From: Marsupella aquatica
Lineage: Eukaryota > Plantae > Marchantiophyta
Length of the DNA stretch: 64,000 nt
Direction: 5' to 3'
NCBI GenBank assembly: GCA_973895155.1
Contig: OZ316897.1
Coordinates: 4,372,211-4,436,210 of the forward strand
Shown here: piece by piece, positions 1-12,795 of the stretch
Layout of the letters: each line of letters begins with the position of its first letter
How positions within the stretch are numbered: position 1 is the first letter of the stretch
Notes under the pieces: model-generated
Seen by the model: only the letters and a program-made list of their open reading frames with translations
Database searches by the model: none
What the model was told of the DNA's origin: nothing
Made by a program: the position numbers and the translations under genes

Positions 1-405
1 AAGCGTATTGGCTGTCCATTTTGGCTGTCCATTAAAATCCTCTGCTGGCCAGGACTGGACAACATAAATACATACCCTTTATGCTAAGTGGTTTGTAGTA
101 TGATGCTACCACTAGCCTGTTGTTGCAAAAAACATAGAAGTGGACCAAAAAGGTGGTCTCAACCTACTGTTGTTTGTGTAGATGAATAATTCTTCTACAA
201 AAAATAAATTTCTGGATACCTTTAGATGTAAACCTTATGTGGAGGATGGAATGATAACCATTGTACCACGGTGTTAACTTCTCAAATAAGTTGGCCAACC
301 CAGTGAAAACTTTGGAGTACTGAGTGGCATGTAGTCATTTGGTCTGGAGGTGCATAAGCACTTACAAACAGGAGACTTACTTTTTCAGCTTTGCGGAAGA
401 AGCTC

Positions 406-561
406 CGCTTTTTGCGGTGTGCTTTGTTTCTTCCTCTTCCATAGATTCTTTTTATCATCTCATAATAGGCATGATAGGTTAGCGCTTTTTGCGGTGTGCT
501 TTGTTTCTTCCTCTTCCATAGATTCTTTTTATCATCTCATAATAGGCATGATAGGTTAGCG
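406..561. repeat. Perfect tandem duplication, 77-bp unit x2
   Basis: cgctttttgcggtgtgctttg...catgataggttag occurs at 406 and again at 483. Confidence 0.9.
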
Positions 562-1465
562 AGGCACAAATTTCCTTTCTTTGTTTTTCACAGGCAGAAA
601 AGACGCAAGACCCAACCTGAGAGCGGCTTACATCGAGCTAGAAAAAGGTTTGCTGTCCTGTAATTGGATAAAATGCCAGAAAAGTTTTCTATAAACAATG
701 AATTATGTTATAGAAACAATGAATTATTCATCATGAAATGTGAAGGGGTAAATTCTAAGCTATGAAGTATTTAAGCTTGTGGATTTCTAGGTCTCCCCTT
801 CTCCAGTTACCTTGCATGATGAAAAACTAAACATTTTATAAGGACTCATTGTCATGAGGTTATAAGATCAAGGGGAAACCACCAAAGAGCCAAGGAAAAA
901 AGAAACAATTGTTAGATAAGCCCTCCCAGGATAATGTAGGACCAGCTGACGGGGCAAAGCAGCACAAGTACTGCAGTTCACGGGTTTTGAGTATTTGATG
1001 AGTGAAGTACTCTTGGTTACTGCGCTAATTCACAGTAAGAGTCTTTGAGCTTATTAGTTACTGTGCTGAGATACACACTCACAGTCGTCGAGCTGATCCA
1101 CTAGTCTGTACAGTGCCATAGAATTACATAAAACGCAACACGGCCCACGAAACGTTCAGTTGCCGGGACTGCAAAACTCAATGACTGCTTGCTCTAGACC
1201 TCGAGCTTCCAGTGCTGCAATCTAGGACGGTTCCAAATAACCTTGACAGACGAAATTCCAAGCACGCTTCTGTTCTGAAGGTGGAACATGTGTCCTATTG
1301 CCGTACCGGACAAATGGTCACCAATCAAAGCAGCTTCACCAAGGTCCTCATTCAAAGATTCTACGGTAGGATTATCCACTCAAACCTCAGTGATTCCCAA
1401 CAACGGTTGGTTTTCAGTATTTGATTGTTGCTGACACTAGATACAGCCAGCTTATATCGCAAATA

Positions 1466-3481
1466 CTAGTCACCATGCCGCTTCCAACCCGCCCATTCGT
1501 CCACTGTTGGAGTGCTAACGCCAACCTTTCGCAAGTCAAAAAGATTAGCTGAATAACACAACAGAACACAACACAGTCAAATCGAATCAAACCATTTTAA
1601 ACATCAACAAGTCACCTTGCCACATAAACCTAGACTTTTCCAAGATAAATCTCATCAACTACAGTAGATACCTAAGATCCATTCATTTGTTATCCTTTCA
1701 CCACTTTATTGTTTTTGCACTTTTCCTTTCTCTGGTCCGGATAGGAGGGGAAAATATAAACCAGTTGTGTTTGTTGCTGAGCCATTACCCCAGAGACACA
1801 GACTCTTGAGCTACGAATTCAGCTTGCTTCTGCTTAATTATCGTGAGACCATAGCAGTTCAGACAAGCCGAAACCCAACACTCGAATTCAAGTGAAGCAT
1901 ACCTCCTACAAGGTGGACGTACCTTCATGAACTTCAGGAGTGGCAGCCGCAGTGGCATCAGCTAGCACAACCACCTTGGGATAATCTAATGCCAACGCAT
2001 CAAATACAGTTGCTCGAATGCAGTTTGGAGTTTGTACCCCTGCAAAGTTAGAACAGCAGTATTTATAACAGTCTATATAAGAGGAATCCAGTGTACTGAT
2101 AAGGAATATTAGCTAAATCTTTCGAAGCCATCACCTTGGCATAATCTAACGCCAAAGCATCAAAATACAGTTGCTCGTGCAATTTGCAATTGTACCCATG
2201 CAAATTCTGACACCCGCATTTGTAGCTTTCTATCTGCAGGAACATGGAACCCGATACCGAATTTACAGAGAATTTTTCCACACTGATTTACTACACTAAC
2301 TTTACATAGAAAATCCTCCAGGAAAGAGTGCCCTCACCGACAACCACAACGTTCGTGATGGCCATTCGACGAAGTATCAAATCCAGGTTGGTGGCAAAAA
2401 AGGCACTGAATCGAGACTTGACCATAATGACCTCTCCACTCTTTGGTTCCAACCCGTCCACTAATTCCGCCCCTTTGCTCCCTTTCACGGTCGGTCCAAC
2501 TACTCCATCAGCATACAGATGTGTTCGAAATAGCTCCACATCTCTCCCAGTTGCATCATGTTGTCGTACGACCTGCGAAGTAAATATACCCACAGACGCT
2601 CAGAATTACTTCGGTGGAGTGACGAAATGACCAAAACATTGCCCTGAAATCCACGTGTCTTCACAAGCCCAACAGTCAGGCATAACAGCTCCTGTCATCA
2701 GGAAAAGACTTGATAAGAAAAAGCCTTTTCTCGTGGAGTACATTTCAATCAAATCTTGTGGACTTAGTTACACATCTCGATGTCCTACCTTCGAGCAAAC
2801 CAACTCTCGCCGATTGGAGGTAATCAAGCTTCATTAGAAGCCAATGGACGGCATAAAATACATTACTTCTCAAAGCATACTGCCCCACATAAAGGCAGCT
2901 GTCATATACCGGTCACGCTTCCAAATGCCAAAAAAAATTCATTGGCAGCAAACCCGATCTCAGCCGTAAATATTAGAAGAAGCAATTCTTGTGCATTAGA
3001 ATTGTAAAGAACTTTACCCATACGACATGTGCACCCTTGGCACGAGCAACTTCCACTGCCTTTTTCACTTCAGCTACAACTCCTGATCCACCTGCAACAT
3101 GTAAAGGCCCTCCAGCTAGGACAAAGTCATTCTGCAATATAAGGCCACAGTTGCGATGTTTCAAAGGCCCGTCCTTTCCAAAGACAGAATTCTGTAGAAA
3201 TTCAAACGTCACACGTGCCAGGAAGGTGCCTAAATCCCTACTATGCTCCCTGACTACTCTCCATGTCCTTTTCTGCCAAATTTCATTGAAAAACGAACGT
3301 ACCTAAATTGAAGCGTTCGTTCAGAAATTAATATAAACTTGTAAAACAAATATATTTGGAAACATTCTAGAAAATGCGAGAAACTGGGAAAACATACCTG
3401 CATATCCACCACAATCAATGCCGTGTGTTTCCACTCAAATTCTGGTCTCGGACCAACGGTTTGGTCCCCACTTGGTGCCAT
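1466..3481 (-). CDS. Isochorismatase/cysteine hydrolase family protein (nicotinamidase-like, At3g16190 type). Exons 3481-3398, 3131-3018, 2572-2338, 2039-1923, 1548-1466
   Basis: Spliced translation MAPSG...TALIVVDMQ|NDFV...HVVW|VVRQHD...VKSRFSAFFATNLDLILRR...VVVG|VQTPNCIRATVFDALALDY...DATAAATPEVHE|ANLFDLRKVGVSTPT...HGD*. All four introns are GT-AG with compatible phases. Family motifs DMQNDF, KxRFSAF and TPNC are present. Confidence 0.92.
2128..2206 (-). pseudogene. Degenerate duplicate of isochorismatase exon 4 lying inside intron 3
   Basis: Minus strand tttgcatgggtacaa...cgagcaactgtattttgatgctttggcgttagattatgccaaggtg matches the real exon 4 (tttgcaggggtacaa...cgagcaactgtatttgatgcgttggcattagattatcccaaggtg). 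The acceptor is AT instead of AG and there are frameshifting indels. Confidence 0.85.
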
Positions 3482-4108
3482 TGGAATGCAAATCTAAAGA
3501 TCCTGTTTGTAAACCTAATTCTACAAGAGCTTCGACTTGAGAAGTGAAGACGAGTTCTCAACACCTCTGGAACAACGTTCCTGCACATGTCGTACCACAA
3601 GGGAGACAAATTCCAGCTGTCAACGTGGAGAAATACAACAATGTGTGCATCAACATTACAGCTGATCCACTACCTAACTTCAAAGCCCGTAGCCAGGCTT
3701 GTCATTTGAACGAAGGGCCAGAACACTGCTGCGGATCACGATGGCGACAACTCACGCATTTATTGATGAATTCAGTGAAGAAAAATAGACTCACACATTA
3801 TCATGAGTGCATACACGTCTGAAATTGCCTTTTCAGTCCTGGATTTCCATCAAATTAACTCTATCTCCATGACAGGAGCGTAATCTAGCCAAACAATACT
3901 AATCTCAGGAAAACGTCAACCCTAACTTAAATGGGTTCCAGACTTATCGATAAGAAATCGGATCAATTTTTCACAAACACTGAAAGCCAGCTGTGCTATG
4001 CTGTGCTGTGCTCAAACCAGCCTACAGGCTCCACAATTCTCACTTCCACGATTACGAGCTACAATAAGGTAATCGTCAAACAACCAGCTCCGCCCCGCCG
4101 CGCCTCCG

Positions 4109-4306
4109 CTAGTGATCGGATTTCTTGGAACCGGACGCCGAGAGCTTGGTCCGCATGCCGTCCACGAAGAGGAAGGCCGAAAACACCACGACCGCGATTC
4201 CCAGCCCCGGCGCGGATCTGCTCAGGTTGCCGTTGATGAAAGGATGCTTCCTGTAAGCGTCATTCTTCGCGAAGAATGTTCCGGTTTGAACCTTGCGATC
4301 CGCCAT
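4109..4306 (-). CDS. NDUFB3: Mitochondrial complex I accessory subunit B12 (NADH dehydrogenase 1 beta subcomplex subunit 3)
   Basis: 65 aa MADRKVQTGTFFAKNDAYRKHPFINGNLSRSAPGLGIAVVVFSAFLFVD...; matches the plant B12 pattern TGxFF...WRKHP...PGLGI followed by a single TM helix. Confidence 0.85.
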   Translation of the reverse strand: MADRKVQTGTFFAKNDAYRKHPFINGNLSRSAPGLGIAVVVFSAFLFVDGMRTKLSASGSKKSDH

Positions 4307-4499
4307 GGAAGCCAGGAATGGCACAGCCTCCTGCTACTGCTTCTTTATTCTGCCGACAACGGATCGATGGGCGATGAAATTCCCTCTCACTTCGCGCGGA
4401 CCCGTCTTCCTGATCTGTGTTCCTCTCCTGTTCTCCTACCACCGAGCACTTGTCAAGCATCCGCCATCGCTGTCCAGATAGGTCATCAAATCTAGCCAG

Positions 4500-4801
4500 A
4501 TCTCGATTCCCCGTCTGTCTCGACTTTCCGTCTATCTAAGCGACTTGTTCACTTGAGCAAATTTAACGAACGGGGAGCGAGAGATATGCTTAGTAGACCC
4601 TGTAAAAAGTTTGCTTAATCAACCCCCTCCATAAATTTAACGAACGGGGAGCAAGAGATATGCTTAGTAGACCCCCTTCTGGAAAAAATTTGCTTAATCA
4701 ACCTCCTCCATACTTTCCCCCAATCTCGATTCCCCGTCTGTCTTGACTTTCTGTCTATCTAAGCTACTTGTTCACTTGAGCAAATTTAACTAACCCGGAG
4801 C
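4500..4801. repeat. Nested partial duplications of promoter sequence plus the left half of the adjacent MITE
   Basis: tctcgattccccgtctgtc...cacttgagcaaatttaac occurs at about 4501 and 4724. gagatatgcttagtagaccc...ttaatcaacc occurs three times (about 4581, 4655, 4804). Confidence 0.85.
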
Positions 4802-4979
4802 GAGAGATATGCTTAGTAGACCCCCTTCTAGAAAAAGTTTGTTTAATCAACCCCTCCATACTTTCCCCCAATCTGAATCCTTGATGGACCTTTCGATCTC
4901 AGATCTGGACCGTTGATAGACCTCAAGGGGCCTATCAAGTAACAAGTTTTATTTTGGGGGTTGATCAAGCAAATATCTC
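4802..4979. mobile_element. 178-bp Mutator-like MITE, copy 1
   Basis: Ends gagagatatgctt... and ...aagcaaatatctc form imperfect TIRs resembling the Mu GAGATA end. Same length and sequence as 8390-8567. Right flank gaacgggaac resembles left flank gaacggggagc, seen in the duplicated left ends. Confidence 0.7.
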
Positions 4980-7900
4980 GAACGGGAACAGGCACCAAAT
5001 CTTCTCTACAGTATCTATTTGTCTGTACGACCTCCTCCGCACAGAAATGCGTTCTAGAGCAACACACACCACTACAAGGCAGACAATGAACCAACCTGCC
5101 AGATCCAGGAACTCACTGGTCAGGCTCTATTTTCCCAATTCCAGCAAGAGAGGAGGTATTCTATGATATAATAGGAGCAAACAGGAATTTTGTTTGCAAG
5201 GGGAGTGTCGTTAGCTAGACACTTGTGGTTTTAAAGCATTTATTGATAAGAGCCATGGGGATACACTGAGTAGTTTCATGCACTTATCTTGCTGATACCA
5301 GGGCTCAGGGCATGAGGAATCCTTGTGTGTGACCGGACAACACATATAGGGAAGGCATAAGTCACTTCCAATGCACTTACAACATACTACATACCATGGA
5401 CAAGTGCAAGATCAGGCCTAGCTTCTTCCCAGGAGCCTGCACTTATGCACGTTAGATTGTAGAGTACATTCTTATCTCATGGCCAATGGTGGATCTAATG
5501 AAATAACCCAAGGAGCATCAAGGAAACAGAATCCCCCATGAACCACAATGTGAGATGACCAACTTGGATGTACCATTAAACATTACTTTCAACTCAAAAA
5601 TACTCTTTTTCCTTTGAATGAGTAGTCATATTTTGGGGCTCAGAAGATGCTTGGTCCACCCAAGTTGCATGGTTGCAAATTATGGTCCATCCTAGCATCA
5701 TTTGCAGCAATCATGAGAGGATACACAGGAAGAATAAGTGCTATTCAATGTTGGCCTGTCTCTGGTGTGAGGGTGTTGGGTGATCTGGAAGGAATCGATT
5801 CTTGTAGCAAGTTAATTGTTTTCATGGTGATTTGGATTTGAAGTTGAAGTGAACCCAAAGCTTTTAATTCCAGCCACGAAATGAGCACGGTATTACCTGT
5901 CAGATGCGTCGCCAGCATTTCTACTTTGTTTCTAATGTTGGGATAGGGGTTTCAACCTTACATTGCTGAATCCGTGTTGTGACCAATGTCTGTAATGGTC
6001 AGCCATGAGAATTGAATGAAAGTTGATGCTAGGACTACCACGATGAATTGACCTCAGGATATAGATAGCGTAGCACTTTTTGACTCTGAAAACAAAACAC
6101 CTAAGTGAATGGTTTGGTCTCAATTGGCACTTGAACTTGACTTGAATAAGGAATTAGATATGAATATACAACTGTTAGAAGAACGCCTAACACTACATTG
6201 GCCTCCACAATCACGAGATCCATTTGATGCCATCCTTTGCACTCGATGCCACAATGAGTGGGGAAGGAGGGAGTTAAAAGCAAAAACGGTTTGCCCCTAT
6301 GGCCTCGTTTTACTCATGTGTCCATTTCTAGTTAATTAAGAAAACTTGATTTCTTCCCTTCCCAAGCCCTCAATGTCCCTCCCTCTCTGACAATTTGTGA
6401 CTAGCCAACTGTTGAATGCATACTCAGTCACTCCTATTATTTTATAGGTACTCAAAAACAAAAGTTTCCTATATGAATGGTGGGCAACCTTTCCCCAAAC
6501 CACGAGATCCAAACCTTCTGGATAAAGAATCTCAAATTACTGTGCCTGTTTTGGATACTCACGTGAATCCCCTCCCCAACACGCCACCTCAAAACTAGAT
6601 AGATGGTCCCACAACTATTTTACTCACTTCCCTTTGGAAAATTGTCCAATGTTCAGGCTTAGGTAGATGGAACAGTAGCCAAGACAAAAACTGAAACATG
6701 TTCGAGAATGAACCTGCACATTGCTACCGTGTTCCTCAGCAGGTTTTTTTTTAATGACAAAAATTTACCAAATTCCCTCTCCCCCAAAGCTCAGTGCTGG
6801 AATCTAATGGTCATCCTTAAATCTAGGGAGAGACAACCGTCACGCAAATAATCAGATAAGGTATCATTTGAGCATCTTCTCCTTCACACACTGGACTCTC
6901 ACCACGCTGGGAAAAAGTAAAAACCTTAAAATATAAGCTGGTCCCTAGTCCCTAGTCCCCACCAACTAGAATATCCACTTTTATTACTGAAAATTTGCTA
7001 GGTTATCCACTTTTTAGGTAGATTCCATGTCTCTCAAAAGTTGGACCGTTGGCTATGTCGTTTGTTTCCATTAGCCATTTTCACACCTGTAGATCCCGCT
7101 AGCCAAAATCTGAATGTTATCCTTGAATCTGGCGAAATCTGATGGTCAAACAATAAATAAAGAATGGTCCGACACACAAGGTGTCAAGGTAGTTCTCCTT
7201 CACACGAGGTGACGTTGGCCTACCAGGCCAAAAAGAAGAACACCTAAAGGTGGTACCCACTTTCAAATTATCTCTGCTGTGACCTGTTACATCTCATAAA
7301 AAGATTCACACAATTATTTGGCGATCACTGATTGGCCAATTGCAAGATTCTGAACGCATCAACCAACCCTGTTCAGCCACATCATTCTGTGCTTCCCCAT
7401 GTGCCACGAATTGGACTGGAAGCCACCGCCTGCAGAATCTTGGGGGCAATGGTGGGTTGGAGAGTGGAGACGGCATAATAAGAACGTTGTCCTACCGTTT
7501 GAAGTATAGCAATGAATAGTTTTTTCCCTCCCAACCAATAGATAAAAGACACACAACACTGTGGACAATTTATTGCCTCTCTGTAATAAACAGAAAAATA
7601 AAATAAAAGGAAAGGAAAGGAAAGAAACGAATGAGTAACAGGCCCCTGCCAGTGGGGCAAACATACCTTTTTCTTTGGGCCAGCTTTTTGTCGTCCTCCT
7701 TTTTCTTTTATGTCATTCAGTGGCGAGTGCTTGGCCCAAAATTATCACTTACGTTCGGGCCAAGAGGACGTCCATCCAGTGTTTTGTTTAAATGCAATTT
7801 CAAAATTTTGCACATTTGCTACCGTGCAAAGGGGCTTGTGAATGATCAAAGGACTTTGGCTTTTTTGGCCCAGCATGAACCCCGTTGAGAGGGGGAGGGG

Positions 7901-8389
7901 GAGCTGCAAAAAGGCCATCAAAACACATCGAAATATCAAAATAAGGAACACCCCAACAAGGGCAACAGGGCAAACACCCCACCAACAAAAGCCACACATG
8001 ATCAAAGAAGTTTTTAAACAGTTATAATGACTTATGTGCCAGAATCCACAGTCCAGATCTGACTCCCACATAGATCTATGGTCATAATGTGACTGTACAC
8101 GTCAAGTACAAATATTTTGCTGAGAGGAGGCTTCTCAACTTGCCTTGAGCACCACTAGCCCACAATAGAAAAATTAAAATATTGCATCAATGGATAACAT
8201 ATACAGTAGTTGATATAGACAGAAAGATACAAGGTTCACCTTGTCTCATTATGTACACGGTCAAGAGAAATAGTCGCTATGCACTAAGTGTTCATTTGTT
8301 GTAGCCTGACAAGCTAACAAGCTGGTTATGAATGGTCATTTCATTCTCTCTCCAATCTCCTACTTGTGAAAACAGATGTCTAGTCTGAT

Positions 8390-8567
8390 GAGAGATATGC
8401 TTAGTAGACCCCCTTCTGGAAAGAGTTTGCTTAATCAACCCCCTCCAAACTTTTCCCCAATCTGGATCGTTGATGGACCTTTTAATCTCATATATGGACC
8501 GTTGATAGACCTCAGGGGGCCAATCAAGTAACAAGTTTCATTTGGGGGTTGATCAAGCAAATACCTC
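8390..8567. mobile_element. 178-bp Mutator-like MITE, copy 2
   Basis: Homologous to 4802-4979. Flanked by an approximately 10-bp TSD, ctagtctgat (8380-8389) / ctagtctaac (8568-8577). Confidence 0.75.
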
Positions 8568-8833
8568 CTAGTCTAACTGATGAAATGCACGTCCACGCTA
8601 TCAACTCTGTCCACAATTCAACCTTGGCAACCCTTAGTTGCCACCCATATTCATGATTAAGATGTGCTCCAGTTAACCTAACATGCGTTGGAGTTAAGTA
8701 ACAACATGCGCGTTTACCATTTACCAAAAAGTGTTTCTCCTTGCAGTTATTCAGGTTTTGCACTTAAGGATTGTGCACGTAGGAAGGGACTAGATTTGGA
8801 ACTCTCTTCATTGAAGATTCAGTTGACTCTATG

Positions 8834-8957
8834 ATGATAAAAAGAGAAAGCAGTATGAATGAATACCAATATGGTGGATGATAAACGAGAAAGCAGTATA
8901 AATGAATATCAATGTGATGGATGATAAACGAGAAAGCACTATAAATGAATACCAATC
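8834..8957. repeat. Minisatellite, about 43-bp unit x3
   Basis: atgataaacgagaaagcagtataaatgaata(c/t)caat... at about 8834, 8878 and 8921. Confidence 0.85.
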
Positions 8958-10799
8958 AGTTCTCAAGGGTGGCGTGAATGTGCAACAATAATTGTGCATC
9001 ATCAATCCCACGGGATGACGTCGATGCTGGAAAGGCATACAGTAAATGGCTCAATTATTTAATGACAGATTCCCTGAGAGAACCGTTCTGACCAATAGCC
9101 ATGGACGGTCTTACTTCGCCTACAGGGCGATTAATTCTTGCCGTCGATCTCTGCAACAGACTCATTTATTCTTGGAGAACATTCTTCCCCCGTTTACTTC
9201 TCAACAATTGGCTAACTTTACTACTGTAGTGTACTTTCAGACAAAGCCACAACTAGTGTACTTTGCTGTAGCTCGTGTCTGGAAAGGACACCCCGGAGTA
9301 CACTGGTCAGTGCTGGAATTTGGAGAGCTCATTCATTATGCTTTGAGTCTTGGTACTCGATCAGTTTTAATAATGATGAACATTTTAATATACTAGCCCA
9401 TTGTTGGTTTGTTGAATCTGAATAGTCGAAAGGACCAAAAAGTATTGACTTGAATGTGAGTAGACGAAAGGACCAAAAATATTGACTCTTGGTGACAGAA
9501 ACCGACCAAAACGTTTGCGGTTTACATCAAAATATGACATATTAATTATATCCTCTATAATATTTTGTTATACTATGACAAATTTCATTATTTTCTTTAT
9601 ACTCAAGGACTATGCATTCCGGAGACCATATTCTCCAGAATGCATCAACTTTCTTCACATGCGACCTTCCTACTCCACTGACTCTCTTCACAAGCGGCCA
9701 GGCTATTCTCAATGTGGCGCACTACTCCTGACGTGGCTCCATCCCCATCCCCATTTTTAACCCCCACCCCTAATATGATTATCGCCCCTTGAGTCACAAT
9801 CAATAGGCTTCAGTCTATACGGAGGCCTTCAAAGTAGCCTCATGAAGTAGTCACAATTCATGATTTCTTTGATTTTATAGAAATGATGATAAAAACCATC
9901 TTGCATGATCATCATTTTGACATACATAAGATCCGGGGCTCTATACATCTACATACATTTGGTGGGACAGTCACGATCCACATCTTCACGCTAGAAGCCT
10001 AGACCCAACTCTAGCTTGTGATAGCAATTTATATGGAAGATAAAATGCTCAAAAGTTACTCTTCCTGGTCTAGAGTGACTCTTGGGCTATCTAGCTATAT
10101 AATTGGGATCAAAAGCTTGGCTTCAGGGTCCACAATGAAATCTCTACCAGGGACTCTTTGGCTGGGGCATAACTGAATTATGGATGGAAACTAAGATTGG
10201 TGGCAGGGTGAATCTATGAAAATGACTTGGATGTACTCATTTCTATTTAATTAAGGTCAAAGGTTAGTCACTCAAGCTAATAATCATGTATTAACAAAAG
10301 GAATCTGACTAACAGTAACAATAACCGGGTTGGCAATTCAAAATGGCAAGACTTGTTCTCAGTTGCTTTCAGACTTATGGGGGTGGCCATAATATCTTTT
10401 GCAGCCAAACAGTTTACCAAAATTACTTTTCCCCGTATTTCACTTACACCTAGCCAAAGCATGTGTTTGCAGCCTACTTTCTGGGGCATTGGCCTCATAC
10501 AAAGCATCTAGGCTTCTGTGTCAGGTATTTTAGTCCAGAATTCTCAAAAATACAGCCCACATGTTTTCCAGCCCACTATTTCTGGGAGTCATATTTTGGC
10601 CCTGAGCACCATTTAAAAAAAAAGAATATTTAATTACATGACATGGGCATCTATAGTCACGAAAAGCGTTAGTTGGTAGCATTGACCATCCCAGTAAGAG
10701 TCATTTGGAGGAGATTCCAAGCCATGGACCAAGGAAGAGAGGATGAGTTACAACCATAAAACCCATAATATGGATCTTGACAGAATTATGTTTAAAAGG

Positions 10800-11382
10800 A
10801 GTTGGGGTCCTGATCTTCACCACTACCACAGAGATTTACAGTAAGGTCCCCTGGCAGGATAGCAACTAGGGGGGTTATAATCCATTATATTGAATTCAAT
10901 GCAAATACACAGAACAATATATATATATATATATATGAATAGATGGGCCGGATGACTCAGCGCAAGCCATAAAACAGGTTGCAACCTCCCAAGGCTTGCA
11001 CTAGTGTGTCCCACTTGACTATAGATGAATTAATTAGCACTTTTATCATGTTTCTAGTTTTACTTATTGCTTTGGTGGGTTCATGCATTTGTTAGGTATT
11101 GCTCTTAGTCTTGTGACTCTTGAACTAACCACAGTTAGGCTAACTCAGGTTAGAACTTAACTAAGATTAGCGGTAGTGCTGTTGTGTATATAGCCAGGGC
11201 TGGTGCCAATCCCTAGTGGATCTTCAGTTCATTGTTGGAGTTGAGCAAGAGAGAAGTAAAGGTCTCTTGCTTTCTCGTGGACGTAGCCTCGGTCATGAGG
11301 TGAACCACGTACTTGCTGTGTCGACTACTTTGTATGGTGTTTTCATGTGCATGGTGTCTCGGGATAGGGATTATCCCCAACA
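10800..11382 (+). mobile_element. Probable degenerate solo LTR
   Basis: Termini (a)gttgggg...ccccaaca are inverted and TG...CA-like. TATA-like gtatatag at about 11186. U5-like ggacgtagcc...gtgaaccacgta at about 11279-11311. No clear TSD. Confidence 0.4.
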
Positions 11383-11793
11383 GCATTGCACCAAAGTGTT
11401 GTTATGGAAGTAAGTTGTCACTGCAAAGTGTTGTTGCTGCAAAATGCTAGAAAGTCATTGTGGGAACTGTAGTTAAGAAGTGCTGTTGTTGTGGAAAGAA
11501 AGTATTGTCAATGTGGCTTGAAGGTGAGCGTTTGCAATAGGGACCTTTTTTTAAGGAAGTGGAACAAGTCTCAGGCCTTTAGCTTGGGGGTCTCACTACA
11601 TAGAGGCCCCCTATCACCTGCAATGTTTTTAAGCCTTAGGTCTTGCCTTAGACCCCCTAAATGTATAGCCATGGGCTAACTAAGCGCTATGTATGTAATC
11701 TTGAGCCTCTTTCTTTCTCATGGTCAGGTCAACTTGCTGACTTCCCTTAGTATCCAATTGCCAGGCCATCTCACTTATGCTTGGCGACACTTT

Positions 11794-12795
11794 TTCTCAA
11801 CATCACTTATTAATAACAATAACAACTAAGACACTGCTCAACATCACTTACTATTAACAATAACACACCGCTCAACATCAATTACTATCAACAGTAACAC
11901 ACTGCTCAACATCAATTACTATCAACAATAACAGGCTACTGTTCATCACTTACTATTGATAATAACGGCCCGCTCAACATCACTTACTGTTGACAATAAA
12001 ACAACACTCAAAGTCACTTTCTATCTATATAATAAAGCCTTGCTGAACATCACTTGCTATTGATAATAGAACATTGTTATATCACTTACTATTGATCCTA
12101 CATGCATCACTCAACATCACTTACTATAAAAAATAAAGCACTTACTGTCAATAGAAAACACATCGCAACATTACTTATCATTAACAGTGACAAATCTCTT
12201 GACATCACTTACTACTAACTATACCACCACTCAGCATCAGTTACTATCAATAGTAATGCACTCTTGAACATCACTTACTGTCTACATAAATAACTGCAAC
12301 AAACTAGAGCTGGGGTCTAGGCTTCTACGGTCTCTTGACCACGACTCTAACACCCCATCAAAATTTATGTAGATCAAAAGACGAATGTGATATTATATGT
12401 ATCCAAATGATGATCATGCATGCTAATGTTTGTCATCAGTTCTATTAATATTCAAAGTTTGGACATTTAGGCTTGTCCAAATAACCCAAGATTGAGACTA
12501 CCCAACAACACACATGGAAATGATGATCATGCATGATAATGTTTGTCATTCATTTCTATTAATATTCAAAATTTGGACATTCAGGCTAGTCCTAATAACT
12601 CTCAACATCACTTATTAAGACAAGACAACAACACACCAAATTTAGACATTTAGGCTAGTCCCAATAACTCTCAACATCACTTATTAAGACTAGACAACAA
12701 CACACCAAATTTGGACATATAGGCTGGTCCTAATAATTCTCAACATCACTTATCAAGACTAGACAACAACACACAAATTTTGGACATTTAGGCTA
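11794..12795. repeat. Degenerate satellite: about 32-bp units (ctcaacatcacttactattaacaataacac) grading into about 68-70-bp units (ttggacatttaggctagtcctaataactctcaacatcacttattaagactagacaacaacacacc)
   Basis: The core caacatcactta recurs more than a dozen times. The long unit recurs at about 12570, 12640, 12710 and 12780, and resumes at 13556. Confidence 0.85.

Noticed and set aside
5900-6600. Possible decayed coding or retroelement fragment
   Set aside because: No recognisable motif could be assigned.
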